64,000 bases of DNA. It comes from Thermoanaerobaculia bacterium (GTDB lineage: Bacteria; Acidobacteriota; Thermoanaerobaculia; Multivoradales; UBA5704). Made by a program: the position numbers and the translations under genes. The DNA is taken from NCBI GenBank assembly GCA_035949675.1, contig DASZHY010000092.1:3851-67850 (forward strand), written 5' to 3'. The notes under the pieces are model-generated. The model was not told the origin of the DNA. It saw only the letters and a list, made by a program, of their open reading frames with translations, and ran no database searches. Shown here in pieces: positions 27,223 through 35,556 of this stretch (position 1 is the first letter of the stretch; each line of letters begins with the position of its first letter).

Positions 27223-28059
27223 TCATGGCAGGGGATCGCCGGAGGCGTTGGAAACGAAGTGCGGCGCGGGCGGTTGGGTCTCGGATGGCTGCGGCGCGGC
27301 CCAGGTCTGCGACTTCATGAGAGCCGCGATCTGCTTGGCCACTCCCTTGGCCATGCGCGAAGCGTCGGCCTGCACCGTCGCCGCCCGGTCCACGACGCCG
27401 CCCGCCGCCACGCCGGCGGCAGCCGAGCCCGCGCTCACCGTGCCCAGGGTCGCGGCGCCCGCACCCACCGTGGCGGCGGCCCCGGGCTTCTTGCCGCTTT
27501 GCGACTTCACGTTGAACTCGAGGAGGACCGTCGGCTGGGGTTGGTCGGTCGTGAGCGAGACGGTGACGTGTGCCTGCACGTCGCTGGCGCCCTTGCCGAA
27601 ACCGATCAGGACCCGCTTCGTCTTGTTGCCCTCGTGGATCGCGGTGAACTCTCCTTGCACCAGGAGGGTCGGCGGCGGCGCCGGGGCGTCCCCGCCCGCG
27701 GCTCGCTCCGCGGCCACCGACGCCTGCTTCAACTCGCCCAGGAGCGCCTTCGTGAAGCTGGCCTGTACCTGCTGCGCCACCGCCTCCGGAGAACCAGGTT
27801 CTGTTCCCTGCTCCTGCCCCTTCGTGCGGTGCAGCTTCGCCGCCGGGGATTGGTCGACCGAGATGACGTCGGGAGGCACCGCGAAGTCATAGATCAGCGC
27901 CTTTCCAGGCTTCGGCAGGGCGTCGCCCTGGTATTTTGCCAGGACCTCCACCTTGGTGTCGCCGACCAGCAGCTTCTTCGCGGTGTTCTCGGCGTTCACG
28001 GCCACTGCCAGAAAGGCGAGGCCGGCGAGGATCCACAGGGCTGGTCTGGCTGGCGACAC
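27223..28059 (-). CDS. Secreted hypothetical protein (signal peptide, Ala/Gly-rich)
   Basis: MSPARPALWILAGLAFLAVAVNA is a signal peptide. No recognizable catalytic motifs were found. Confidence 0.45.
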   Translation of the reverse strand: MSPARPALWILAGLAFLAVAVNAENTAKKLLVGDTKVEVLAKYQGDALPKPGKALIYDFAVPPDVISVDQSPAAKLHRTKGQEQGTEPGSPEAVAQQVQASFTKALLGELKQASVAAERAAGGDAPAPPPTLLVQGEFTAIHEGNKTKRVLIGFGKGASDVQAHVTVSLTTDQPQPTVLLEFNVKSQSGKKPGAAATVGAGAATLGTVSAGSAAAGVAAGGVVDRAATVQADASRMAKGVAKQIAALMKSQTWAAPQPSETQPPAPHFVSNASGDPLP

Positions 28060-28154
28060 GTCCGTCTCCCTCCCTTCCAGCTCGACTGCAAGAGGCGCGC
28101 CCGCCGCTTGCGAGCAAGCTCGCAGGCAGGATGCATTAGCCCAACTTCCGCAAT

Positions 28155-28183
28155 TGAACCTGGAGCCTCGCCGCGGGGACTCA
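28155..28183 (+). promoter_or_regulatory. Putative ECF-sigma-type promoter TGAACC-N17-GACTCA upstream of cupredoxin paralog 2
   Basis: Same hexamers and spacing as 13550..13578. RBS AGGAGG and the ATG at 28212 follow. Confidence 0.35.
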
Positions 28184-28211
28184 TTGGATGACGTCCTCAG
28201 GAGGCATCGAC

Positions 28212-29957
28212 ATGTGTAATTACCGTGCTTCGTCCCCGGTGCGGCTTGCCGCTCTCGCCATCGTTCTCGCCGTCAGCGTGGTGCCGGTCTGCCAGGCGAC
28301 GACCCACAACGTGAGCGCCACCTCGTCTCTCTCCTTCGTACCGGCCAACATCACGATCAACGTCGGCGATTCGGTGACCTGGACCAATACCACCGGCGGC
28401 TACTACATGCACAACGTGGTCGCGGACGACGGCAGCTTCCGCTGCGCCAACGGCTGCGACGGCGACGGCCACGGCGGCAACGGCAACCCGGCGACCACCT
28501 GGACCTTCACGCTGACCTTCAACCAGGCCGGCACCGTCAATTACCACTGCGAGGTCCACGGCGGCCCCCCCTACTACATGATGGGCTCGATCACGGTGCA
28601 GGGCGCCTCGACCCCGGGGACGCTCGGCTTCACCACCGCCGCCTACAGTCAGGCCGAGACCGGCGGCCATGCCACCATCACCTTGCAGCGCACCGGCGGC
28701 AGCAGCGGCACCGTCGGCGTCGACTACGCGACCAGCAGCGGCACGGCGGTCGCCGGCACCAACTACACGCCGGCTTCCGGGACCCTCACCTGGGCCGCCG
28801 GGGACACTTCCCAGAAGAGCTTCAACGTGCCGGTGATCGACGACGGCGTCCAGGACGGGACCCACACCGTCAACCTGACGCTCAGCAATGCCACCGGCGG
28901 CGCCTCCGTGGGGCAGGCGTCGGCGGTCCTGTCGATCACCGACAACGACAAGCCCGCCGCCGCCGGCAGCCTGGCGTTCAGCGCCGCCGCCTACAGCGTT
29001 GCCGAGAACGCCGGCACCACCTCGATCACCGTCAATCGCAGCGGCGGCAGCTCGGGGGCGGTGAGCGCCCACTACGCCACCAGCAACGGCACCGGCATGG
29101 CCGGCAAGCATTACACCGCGACCTCCGGCACTCTCAACTGGGGCGCCGGCGACTCGGCGGCCAAGACGTTCAGCGTCGCCGTGCTCGACGACGGCGTCGC
29201 GGACGGCAACCATACGGCCAACCTGACGCTCAGTGCGCCCCAGGGCGGGGCCAGCCTGGGAACGCCGTCCACCGCCGTGCTCACCATCACCAACACCGAC
29301 GGCGGCACGGGCGGTGCGCCCGCCGCGCCCTCGAACCTGGCGGCGGCCAGCGCCGGCACCACCGCCATCAATCTCACCTGGAAGAGCAACTCCAACAACG
29401 AGACCGGCTTCCGCGTGCAGAGCAAGGCGCTCGACGGCAGCCCGTTCCAGGACGTCCTGCCGCTCTCCCCGGCGGGCAGCACGAGCAGCACCGTCACCGG
29501 CCTGTTGCCGGCGACCGGCTACGGGTTCCGGGTGCGCGCGGAGAACGCCGCTGGCGCCTCGGCCTACACCACCGAGGCCGACGCCGCCACCGACACGACG
29601 CCCGGCACCTGCGTCGCCGACGCCAACACCCTTTGCCTCGGCGGCCGTTTCAAGGTCAGCGTTGCCTGGGCGACCAGCAACATGAGCGGCGCGGGGACCA
29701 CGGTGCCGCTGGCCGCCAATCCGGACTCGGGGCTGTTCTACTTCTTCGCGTCGAGCAACATCGAGATGCTGATCAAGGTGATCAACGGCTGCGGGCTCAG
29801 CAACACCTACTGGGTCTTCTTCGCCGCCACCACCAACGTGCAGTTCACGGTCACCGTGGTCGACGTCACGACCGGCAAGACCAAGGTGTACTTCAATCCG
29901 CTCAACCAGGCCGCGGCGCCGGTGCAGGACACCAACGCCTTCGCCACCTGCCCCTGA
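28212..29957 (+). CDS. Secreted multidomain protein: cupredoxin + 3 Calx-beta + FN3 + conserved C-terminal domain (paralog of 13609..15009)
   Basis: Signal peptide present. The cupredoxin site is MHNV...YHCEVHGGPPYYMMG. Calx-beta repeats read VDYATSSGTAVAGTNY and AHYATSNGTGMAGKHY. The last 770 bp are near-identical to 14233..15009. Confidence 0.7.
   Translation: MCNYRASSPVRLAALAIVLAVSVVPVCQATTHNVSATSSLSFVPANITINVGDSVTWTNTTGGYYMHNVVADDGSFRCANGCDGDGHGGNGNPATTWTFTLTFNQAGTVNYHCEVHGGPPYYMMGSITVQGASTPGTLGFTTAAYSQAETGGHATITLQRTGGSSGTVGVDYATSSGTAVAGTNYTPASGTLTWAAGDTSQKSFNVPVIDDGVQDGTHTVNLTLSNATGGASVGQASAVLSITDNDKPAAAGSLAFSAAAYSVAENAGTTSITVNRSGGSSGAVSAHYATSNGTGMAGKHYTATSGTLNWGAGDSAAKTFSVAVLDDGVADGNHTANLTLSAPQGGASLGTPSTAVLTITNTDGGTGGAPAAPSNLAAASAGTTAINLTWKSNSNNETGFRVQSKALDGSPFQDVLPLSPAGSTSSTVTGLLPATGYGFRVRAENAAGASAYTTEADAATDTTPGTCVADANTLCLGGRFKVSVAWATSNMSGAGTTVPLAANPDSGLFYFFASSNIEMLIKVINGCGLSNTYWVFFAATTNVQFTVTVVDVTTGKTKVYFNPLNQAAAPVQDTNAFATCP
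29181..29957 (+). repeat. Copy 2 of the ~777-bp dispersed repeat (see 14233..15009)
   Basis: See copy 1. Confidence 0.8.
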
Positions 29958-30097
29958 GGCAGGACCAAGGCGCCGAACCGCCAAATCCTTCTCTCGCGAA
30001 CCGCGAGCCGCGACGCCGGACACCCGGCGCCGCGGCCGCGGCCGCTTACGTCGCCATCCACCGGTGGCGCTCCACTGAGCTGCAGGCCCGCGGCGTT

Positions 30098-31171
30098 TCA
30101 GGGGGACGGCGGGCTGACCGCCGGAGGCGCGCCGCCGGCCGGTGACGGCTGACAGCAGCCCTCGCCCTCCGGGGCGATGGGGCGGCCGTGGGGACAGACG
30201 GTCGGGTGGCCCAGGAAGGCGCAGACCTGGTCCTCGAAGCCGGCGGCGACCGGGGCAGCGCGGCCGCACTGGGGGGCGACGGCCCCGGGGGCAAGGGTCC
30301 TGGCCAGCAGGGCTTCGGCGAGGCGGACGCGGCGGACGGCGGCGGCGGCCTGGGCGCGCCCGCGGTCGGTGAACGCGATGCGGCCGTCGGCGAACGCCAG
30401 CAGACCTTGAGCGAGGAGATCGGCGATGCCGCGGGCGGTGACCGGCACCGGGCGGCCGTCTTCGGCGAGCGCGCGCCACAGATCCACCAGGACGGCTTGC
30501 AGCTCGGCGGCGCCGGGGTCCTCGAGGCGGGCGAGACGGCCGTGCTCGAGCCGGATCTCGCGGCCGGCGCGGGCGGCGATCGACGGGTCGTGGGTGACCA
30601 GGATCAGGGTATGGCCGCGGCGGTTGAGGTCGGCAAGCAGCGTCATCACCACCGCCTCGTTGACCGCGTCGAGATTGCCGGTGGGCTCGTCGGCGAGGAT
30701 GAGGGGAGGCTGGTTGATCAGCGCCCGCGCCAGGCAGACGCGCTGCTGCTCGCCGCCGGAGAGCTGGCTGGGCAGATGGTCGAGGCGCCCGCCGAGGCCC
30801 ACCCGGCGCAACGCCTCCTCGGCCTCGCCGCGGTCGGTCGTGCTGTGGACGTACTGGGCCAGCATCACGTTCTCGAGCGCGTTGAGGTAGGGGATGAGGT
30901 GGAACTGCTGGAACACCAGCCCGACGGTCTGCTGGCGGTAGCGGGCCAGGTCGCGGCTGGCGAGGCCGGTCAGGTCGAGGCCGCCGACCCGCACCCTGCC
31001 GGACGACGGGCGGTCGAGGCCGGCGAGGACGTTGAGCAGGGTGGTCTTGCCCGAGCCCGAGGGCCCGGTGACCGCCACCCATTCGCCTTCGGCGACGGCG
31101 AGCGACAGCTCGTCGAGCGCCAGCAGCGACCCGAAGCGGCGGCTCAAGCTCTCGATCTCGACCAGCGGCAT
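30098..31171 (-). CDS. ABC transporter ATP-binding protein (MacB/LolD-type) fused to a C-terminal DtxR/MntR-like HTH and metal-binding domain
   Basis: The N-terminus reads MPLVEIESLSRRFG...GPSGSGKTTLLNVLAGL...LSGGEQQRVCLARAL...ILADEPTGNLD. The C-terminal 130 aa resemble DtxR, with RRVRLAEALLARTL and ...FLGHPTVCPHGRPIAPEG matching RKHRLAERLL and ...NPTTSPFGNPIPG. Confidence 0.65.
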   Translation of the reverse strand: MPLVEIESLSRRFGSLLALDELSLAVAEGEWVAVTGPSGSGKTTLLNVLAGLDRPSSGRVRVGGLDLTGLASRDLARYRQQTVGLVFQQFHLIPYLNALENVMLAQYVHSTTDRGEAEEALRRVGLGGRLDHLPSQLSGGEQQRVCLARALINQPPLILADEPTGNLDAVNEAVVMTLLADLNRRGHTLILVTHDPSIAARAGREIRLEHGRLARLEDPGAAELQAVLVDLWRALAEDGRPVPVTARGIADLLAQGLLAFADGRIAFTDRGRAQAAAAVRRVRLAEALLARTLAPGAVAPQCGRAAPVAAGFEDQVCAFLGHPTVCPHGRPIAPEGEGCCQPSPAGGAPPAVSPPSP

Positions 31172-31182
31172 GGCTCGCTCCG

Positions 31183-32046
31183 TCACTCCCCGCGCAGCAC
31201 CACGGCCGCGTCCAGCCGTCCGATCCGCCGCAGCGCCACCGCCAGCGAGGCTCCCACCACCAGCACCGCCATCGCCGCGGCTGCGGCCAGACCGTTCCAG
31301 GTCAGGTTGGGCCCCCCGGCGCCGCCCAGCAGGTGGCGTTCGAGGCCGCCGGCCGCGACCTCTCCCAGCAGCTCGCCGGCCAGCGCGGCCAGCAGCGCCG
31401 CGGCGAGCAGCTCGACGGCGAGCATGCCCCCGACGCGCCGCGGCGAGTAGCCCAGCGCCAGCATCAGGCCGACCTCGACCCGGCGCTCGCCGATCAGGGC
31501 CGCGGTGGCGGCGCCGACCGACACCAGCGCCAGCAGGAAGGAGACGCCGCTGACCGCCAGCAGCACCAGGGTCAGGCGGTGGATCACGCGCGCGTCGGAA
31601 GCGCTGGTCTTGCGGAGCGGCGTCGCCTCGACCCCTTCGATCCGCTCCTCGATGGCCTTTGCCACCTCCCCCAACCGGGCCGGCTCGGCGCGCACCTCCA
31701 GGCGCGCGTACTGCATCGCCGCGCCGCCGCCGGGACCGCCGCCGGGACCGCCGCCGGGGCCGCCGCCGGGGCCGCCGTAGGCCGGCCCGGACACCGCAAG
31801 CACTCCGGGGATCTGCCGTACCCGCGCCGCCGCCGCGAGCGGGATGCCGGCCGCCGCCCCGACCTGCGGGCGCACCACGAGGTTGGGGCCGAAGGCGGCC
31901 AGGCCCGCGCCCACCCGGGCGCCGGCGCGCGCCGAGAAGCCGGCGAGCGTCGCCACGGTCGCCGCCGCCACGATCACCGCGGCCAGGATCAGGGCCAGCT
32001 GCCGCGGCCGCCGCCGCAGGCTGGCGAGCACCAGGCGCGCGATCAC
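31183..32046 (-). CDS. ABC transporter permease, FtsX-like (short)
   Basis: A GTG start overlaps the upstream stop (GTGA). The N-terminus VIARLVLASLRRRPRQLALI is FtsX-type. There is a GGPGGGPGGGPGGGPGGG loop insert. Confidence 0.55.
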   Translation of the reverse strand: MIARLVLASLRRRPRQLALILAAVIVAAATVATLAGFSARAGARVGAGLAAFGPNLVVRPQVGAAAGIPLAAAARVRQIPGVLAVSGPAYGGPGGGPGGGPGGGPGGGAAMQYARLEVRAEPARLGEVAKAIEERIEGVEATPLRKTSASDARVIHRLTLVLLAVSGVSFLLALVSVGAATAALIGERRVEVGLMLALGYSPRRVGGMLAVELLAAALLAALAGELLGEVAAGGLERHLLGGAGGPNLTWNGLAAAAAMAVLVVGASLAVALRRIGRLDAAVVLRGE

Positions 32047-33410
32047 GCGGTGGCCCGCTTGAGCAGCGCCGCCGGGTAGCGGCCGAGCGCCCGCGAGACC
32101 GGCGGCGCGCTGGCGAGGACGGCCACGACCAGCCCGAGCAGGACCGCGAACGGCAGCAGCACCGGCTCTGGCTGCACCTCGATGCCCAGCGCGCCCGCGC
32201 CCAGCAGGCGGCCGGCGACGAGGCCAAGGCCGCCGCCCAGCAGCCCGCCGAGGCCGCCGAGCAGCGCCGCCTCGAGCAGGAAGAAGGTCACCACCCGCCG
32301 GCGGGCGGCGCCGATCGCCACCATCAACGCGGCCTCCAGCCGCCGCTCCAGCACCGTGGCGGTCATCGCCGCGGTGACCCCCACCGCGGCGCCGACCAGC
32401 GCCACCACGGCCAGCGCCAGCAGCACGACGCGCAGCTTGCCCAGGACGGCGGCGGTGGCGGCGGTCACGCCGGAGACCACCCGCGCCTCCGCCTCGGGGA
32501 GCGCCTGGCGCAGCTGGAACGCGACCGAGGACGGGTAGGCCGTGCAGTACCACTTCTCGTATTCCCGCGGCGTCATGAGGCGCGGATCGCGCACGTTGCC
32601 GCTCTCGGGATTGGTCTGGGCGAAGATCTCGGCGCGCACGAACCGGCCCGGCAGCCCGGCCAGGCGCGACACCACCGCCAGCGGCACGAACGCCTGCTCG
32701 TCCTCCTCGCCGCCGCTGGTGACGATCCCGGTCACCGCCAGCAGCACGGACCGCTCCCCGAGCGCCGCCCGCAGACGGCCGCCGGCGCCGAGATGGAGCC
32801 GCGCCGCCAGGCGCCGGCCCAGCACCGCCTCGGCGCCGTCCGCCGCGGCGGCGCCGACCGCCGGCGCCCGACCTCCTGCGGCCGCGCCTGCCGTCGCGGC
32901 GCCGCTCGCGCCCGCGAGATCGTCATGGGGCCAGCGCCCGGCCACCTGCAGCGTCGGCCGGGTGGCCGGCAGGCCAGTCCGGAAGCCGCTCTCGAGCGGA
33001 TAGTGGAACCAGGTGCCGATCACTTCCGCGATCACGTCAGGCGGCGCGGCAGCGGCGCCGGTGGCAGCAGCGCCGGCGGCAGCAGCGCCGGCATCTGGCG
33101 ACAAGCGCGGCGACAGGCGCAGGCGCAGGCGCAGCGGATAGAGCGGCGCCAGGGCGACGATGTTGTTGCGCCAGAAGATCCGCCGCACCGCCGCCAGCCG
33201 CGCCGCCGCCAGCGTTTCGCGCCCCGGCCCGGGCACCAGCTCGAGGTTGGCGCCGTAGGAGGCGAGCTCCGCCGCGACGCGATCGCCCGACGCCAGCATC
33301 ACCTCGCCGAGCGCGGTCGCGCCCAGCGTTCCAAGCGCCACGGCGGTCACCGCCAGCAGCTTGCGGCGGGTGCCGTGGCGGAGCGACTCGAGCAGCAGGC
33401 GGGCGTACAT
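32043..33410 (-). CDS. ABC transporter permease, FtsX/MacB-like
   Basis: MYARLLLESLRHGTRRKLLAV...FVPLAVVSRLAGLPGRFVRAEIF.... The C-terminal TM bundle resembles the FtsX fold. Confidence 0.6.
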   Translation of the reverse strand: MYARLLLESLRHGTRRKLLAVTAVALGTLGATALGEVMLASGDRVAAELASYGANLELVPGPGRETLAAARLAAVRRIFWRNNIVALAPLYPLRLRLRLSPRLSPDAGAAAAGAAATGAAAAPPDVIAEVIGTWFHYPLESGFRTGLPATRPTLQVAGRWPHDDLAGASGAATAGAAAGGRAPAVGAAAADGAEAVLGRRLAARLHLGAGGRLRAALGERSVLLAVTGIVTSGGEEDEQAFVPLAVVSRLAGLPGRFVRAEIFAQTNPESGNVRDPRLMTPREYEKWYCTAYPSSVAFQLRQALPEAEARVVSGVTAATAAVLGKLRVVLLALAVVALVGAAVGVTAAMTATVLERRLEAALMVAIGAARRRVVTFFLLEAALLGGLGGLLGGGLGLVAGRLLGAGALGIEVQPEPVLLPFAVLLGLVVAVLASAPPVSRALGRYPAALLKRATA

Positions 33411-33442
33411 GCAGCTGGCGGCCTCGGTAGCGGTCCTGGCGT

Positions 33443-34810
33443 CTACATCGCGTGATGCGGCGCCGCCGCCGCGGGCGAGCCGCCGAATTGCGGCAGGCCC
33501 GCCGCCAGGTCCGCGGCTCGCACCACCAGGACGTCGCCGTCGCGGCGCGACGGCAGCGGGATCGGGTTGCAGCCGCCGCGCTGGCCGATGCTGGGCGGGT
33601 AGATGGTCGAGCCGCAATGCAGGCAGGTGATGTTGCCGCCCTCCTGGTAATAGCCCTTGGCGCCGCAGATCTCGCAGGCGTCGAAGGCCGTCGCGATCGT
33701 CGTCGAGGGCTTGCGCGGGTCGTCCAGGGGCACGGCGATGAAGCGCACCACGCTGCCCCGGCCCCCTCCGAGCGTCACCGCATAGCGCCGCAGCGCCGTG
33801 CTGCCCTGGAAGTCGGCGAGCGGGAGCCGCACCGCTCCGTCGGCGCCGACCTGCGCCGGCATGGCCGGCGACAGCGTGGCCGGCGGCCGCGAGTAGACGA
33901 ACCCCAGGCCGAGGGCAGCCAGGATCGCCACTCCCAGGCTGCCGCCCCAGACGCGCGCCCGCGCCTGCCTATCCGCCGCCGCGCGCTCCAGGCGGGCCGC
34001 CGCGCCAGGGGCCGCCGCGGCGGGCGGTGCCGCGCCGAGCGCGCCACCCGTCGCCGCGCCCGCACCGGCCGCGGGGGCGCCGCGGCCGGGCACCAGCAGC
34101 ATCAGCAGCGGCAGCGCCAGCACCGCCACGATGAAGAAGAGCTCGTTCTTGACCAGGGGGCCGATGGCGGCCATCGAGGACTGGTTGGCAGGCAGCCAGC
34201 CCGCCTCGGCCAGCTCGTGATAGCCGTTGACCAGCAGCTGGGCGACGAAGATCAGCAAGGCGATGCCGGTGATCTTGAAGAAGCGCCCGAGATCGACCCG
34301 CAGGCTGCCGCGTACGAACAGCACGCCGAAGACGAAGGCGGCGGCGAGGCCGGCCAGCACCCCCAGCAGGGTCGCCAGGCCGCCGCTGGTCAGCGACAGC
34401 GCCGACAGGAACAGCACCGTCTCCATGCCTTCGCGGAAGACCATCAGGAAGGTGAACAGGAAGATTCCGGCGGCGACCGCGGCGGCCCGCTCGCGCGTCA
34501 GGATGCGCGCCAGCGTGCCCTTCATCTCGCCGGAGAGGGCCTTGCTGTGCCGCCACATCCACACCAGCACCGAGCCGACGACCGCTGCCGCGGCAAGGTA
34601 AAGGAACCCTTCGAGCACGTTCTCGTCGACCGTCAGCCGGTGCAGCAGGTACCCGCCCAGCAGGCTGGCGCCGATCGCCGCGACGATGCCCGCCCACACC
34701 GCGCCCAGGTGGCGGCCGGCCGCCTCCCGCCGCAGGAAGGCGGCGATGATGCCGACCACCAGGGCCACCTCGACCCCTTCGCGGAGGGTCACGACCAGGG
34801 CTTCAAACAT
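33443..34810 (-). CDS. High-affinity iron permease FTR1/EfeU family fused to a C-terminal Cys-rich DUF2318-like domain
   Basis: Two RExxE motifs are present (REGVEVALVV, FREGMETVLF). The C-terminal region reads FDACEICGAKGYYQEGGNITCLHCGST...GGCNP. The start overlaps the fur stop. Confidence 0.7.
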   Translation of the reverse strand: MFEALVVTLREGVEVALVVGIIAAFLRREAAGRHLGAVWAGIVAAIGASLLGGYLLHRLTVDENVLEGFLYLAAAAVVGSVLVWMWRHSKALSGEMKGTLARILTRERAAAVAAGIFLFTFLMVFREGMETVLFLSALSLTSGGLATLLGVLAGLAAAFVFGVLFVRGSLRVDLGRFFKITGIALLIFVAQLLVNGYHELAEAGWLPANQSSMAAIGPLVKNELFFIVAVLALPLLMLLVPGRGAPAAGAGAATGGALGAAPPAAAAPGAAARLERAAADRQARARVWGGSLGVAILAALGLGFVYSRPPATLSPAMPAQVGADGAVRLPLADFQGSTALRRYAVTLGGGRGSVVRFIAVPLDDPRKPSTTIATAFDACEICGAKGYYQEGGNITCLHCGSTIYPPSIGQRGGCNPIPLPSRRDGDVLVVRAADLAAGLPQFGGSPAAAAPHHAM

Positions 34811-35276
34811 GGCTGCCGGCGCCCTGGTCCGTCGCCGCCGCCGCCGTCTGGGCGCAGCCCTGACAGAGGCCGTTGATCTGCAGGCTGTAGGCGCTGGGAT
34901 CGAAGCCATGAGCGCGGCAGATCGCCGCCTGCAGCGCGGCGATGCCGGGGCTCAGGAACTCCACCACGCGGCCGCAGACAGTGCACACCAAGTGATCGTG
35001 CCGCTGCCCGCCATGAACGTGCTCATAGAGATAGCGCCGGCGTCCGAGCCGCTGCTTGCGCGCCAGCCCGCTCGCCACCAGCAGGTCCAGGTTGCGGTAG
35101 ACCGTGGCGCGTGAGATCTTCAGGCCGCGCTCACGCGCCGCCGCCAGCAGCTGTTCGGCGTCGATGTGGCCGTGCTGGCGGAAGACCTCGTCGAGCAGGG
35201 CGAGCCGCTCGCCCGTCACCCGCTGCCGGCGCTCCCTGAGGAAGGTCAGGAAGAGCTCTTTTTCTCGATCCGCCAT
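34803..35276 (-). CDS. fur: Fur-family transcriptional regulator
   Basis: LRERRQRVTGERLALLDEVF...HDHLVCTVCGRVVEF...CQGC shows the Fur DNA-binding helix and CxxC metal sites. Confidence 0.85.
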   Translation of the reverse strand: MADREKELFLTFLRERRQRVTGERLALLDEVFRQHGHIDAEQLLAAARERGLKISRATVYRNLDLLVASGLARKQRLGRRRYLYEHVHGGQRHDHLVCTVCGRVVEFLSPGIAALQAAICRAHGFDPSAYSLQINGLCQGCAQTAAAATDQGAGSHV

Positions 35277-35334
35277 CTGATCTCGAAACCCGGGTAAGGT
35301 CGCCTTGGCACCGTCGCACCGCCGTCACCACGCC

Positions 35335-35357
35335 CTATTGAGACTCCATCTCAATAG
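35335..35357. promoter_or_regulatory. Perfect palindrome CTATTGAGA-ctcca-TCTCAATAG upstream of fur; candidate Fur-family operator
   Basis: Read directly. It lies 60 nt upstream of the fur start codon and is followed by the direct repeat AGACTCCAT. Confidence 0.4.
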
Positions 35358-35556
35358 TAGACTCCATTCTGGACTGATACGGTCCTGTTTGTCAACGGGA
35401 CTCCCGCTCGCCCGTTCGTCGACCGCCATCCACAGGGCGGGCAGGACCGGCTGATAACTGATAAGTGGAGCGCACCGGTGCTACACTGCCATCCCGCCAT
35501 TTTGCCTGGGACGCAGGCCCACACCCGCTCTCGCCAAAGGAGTTTGCCTCGAGACC

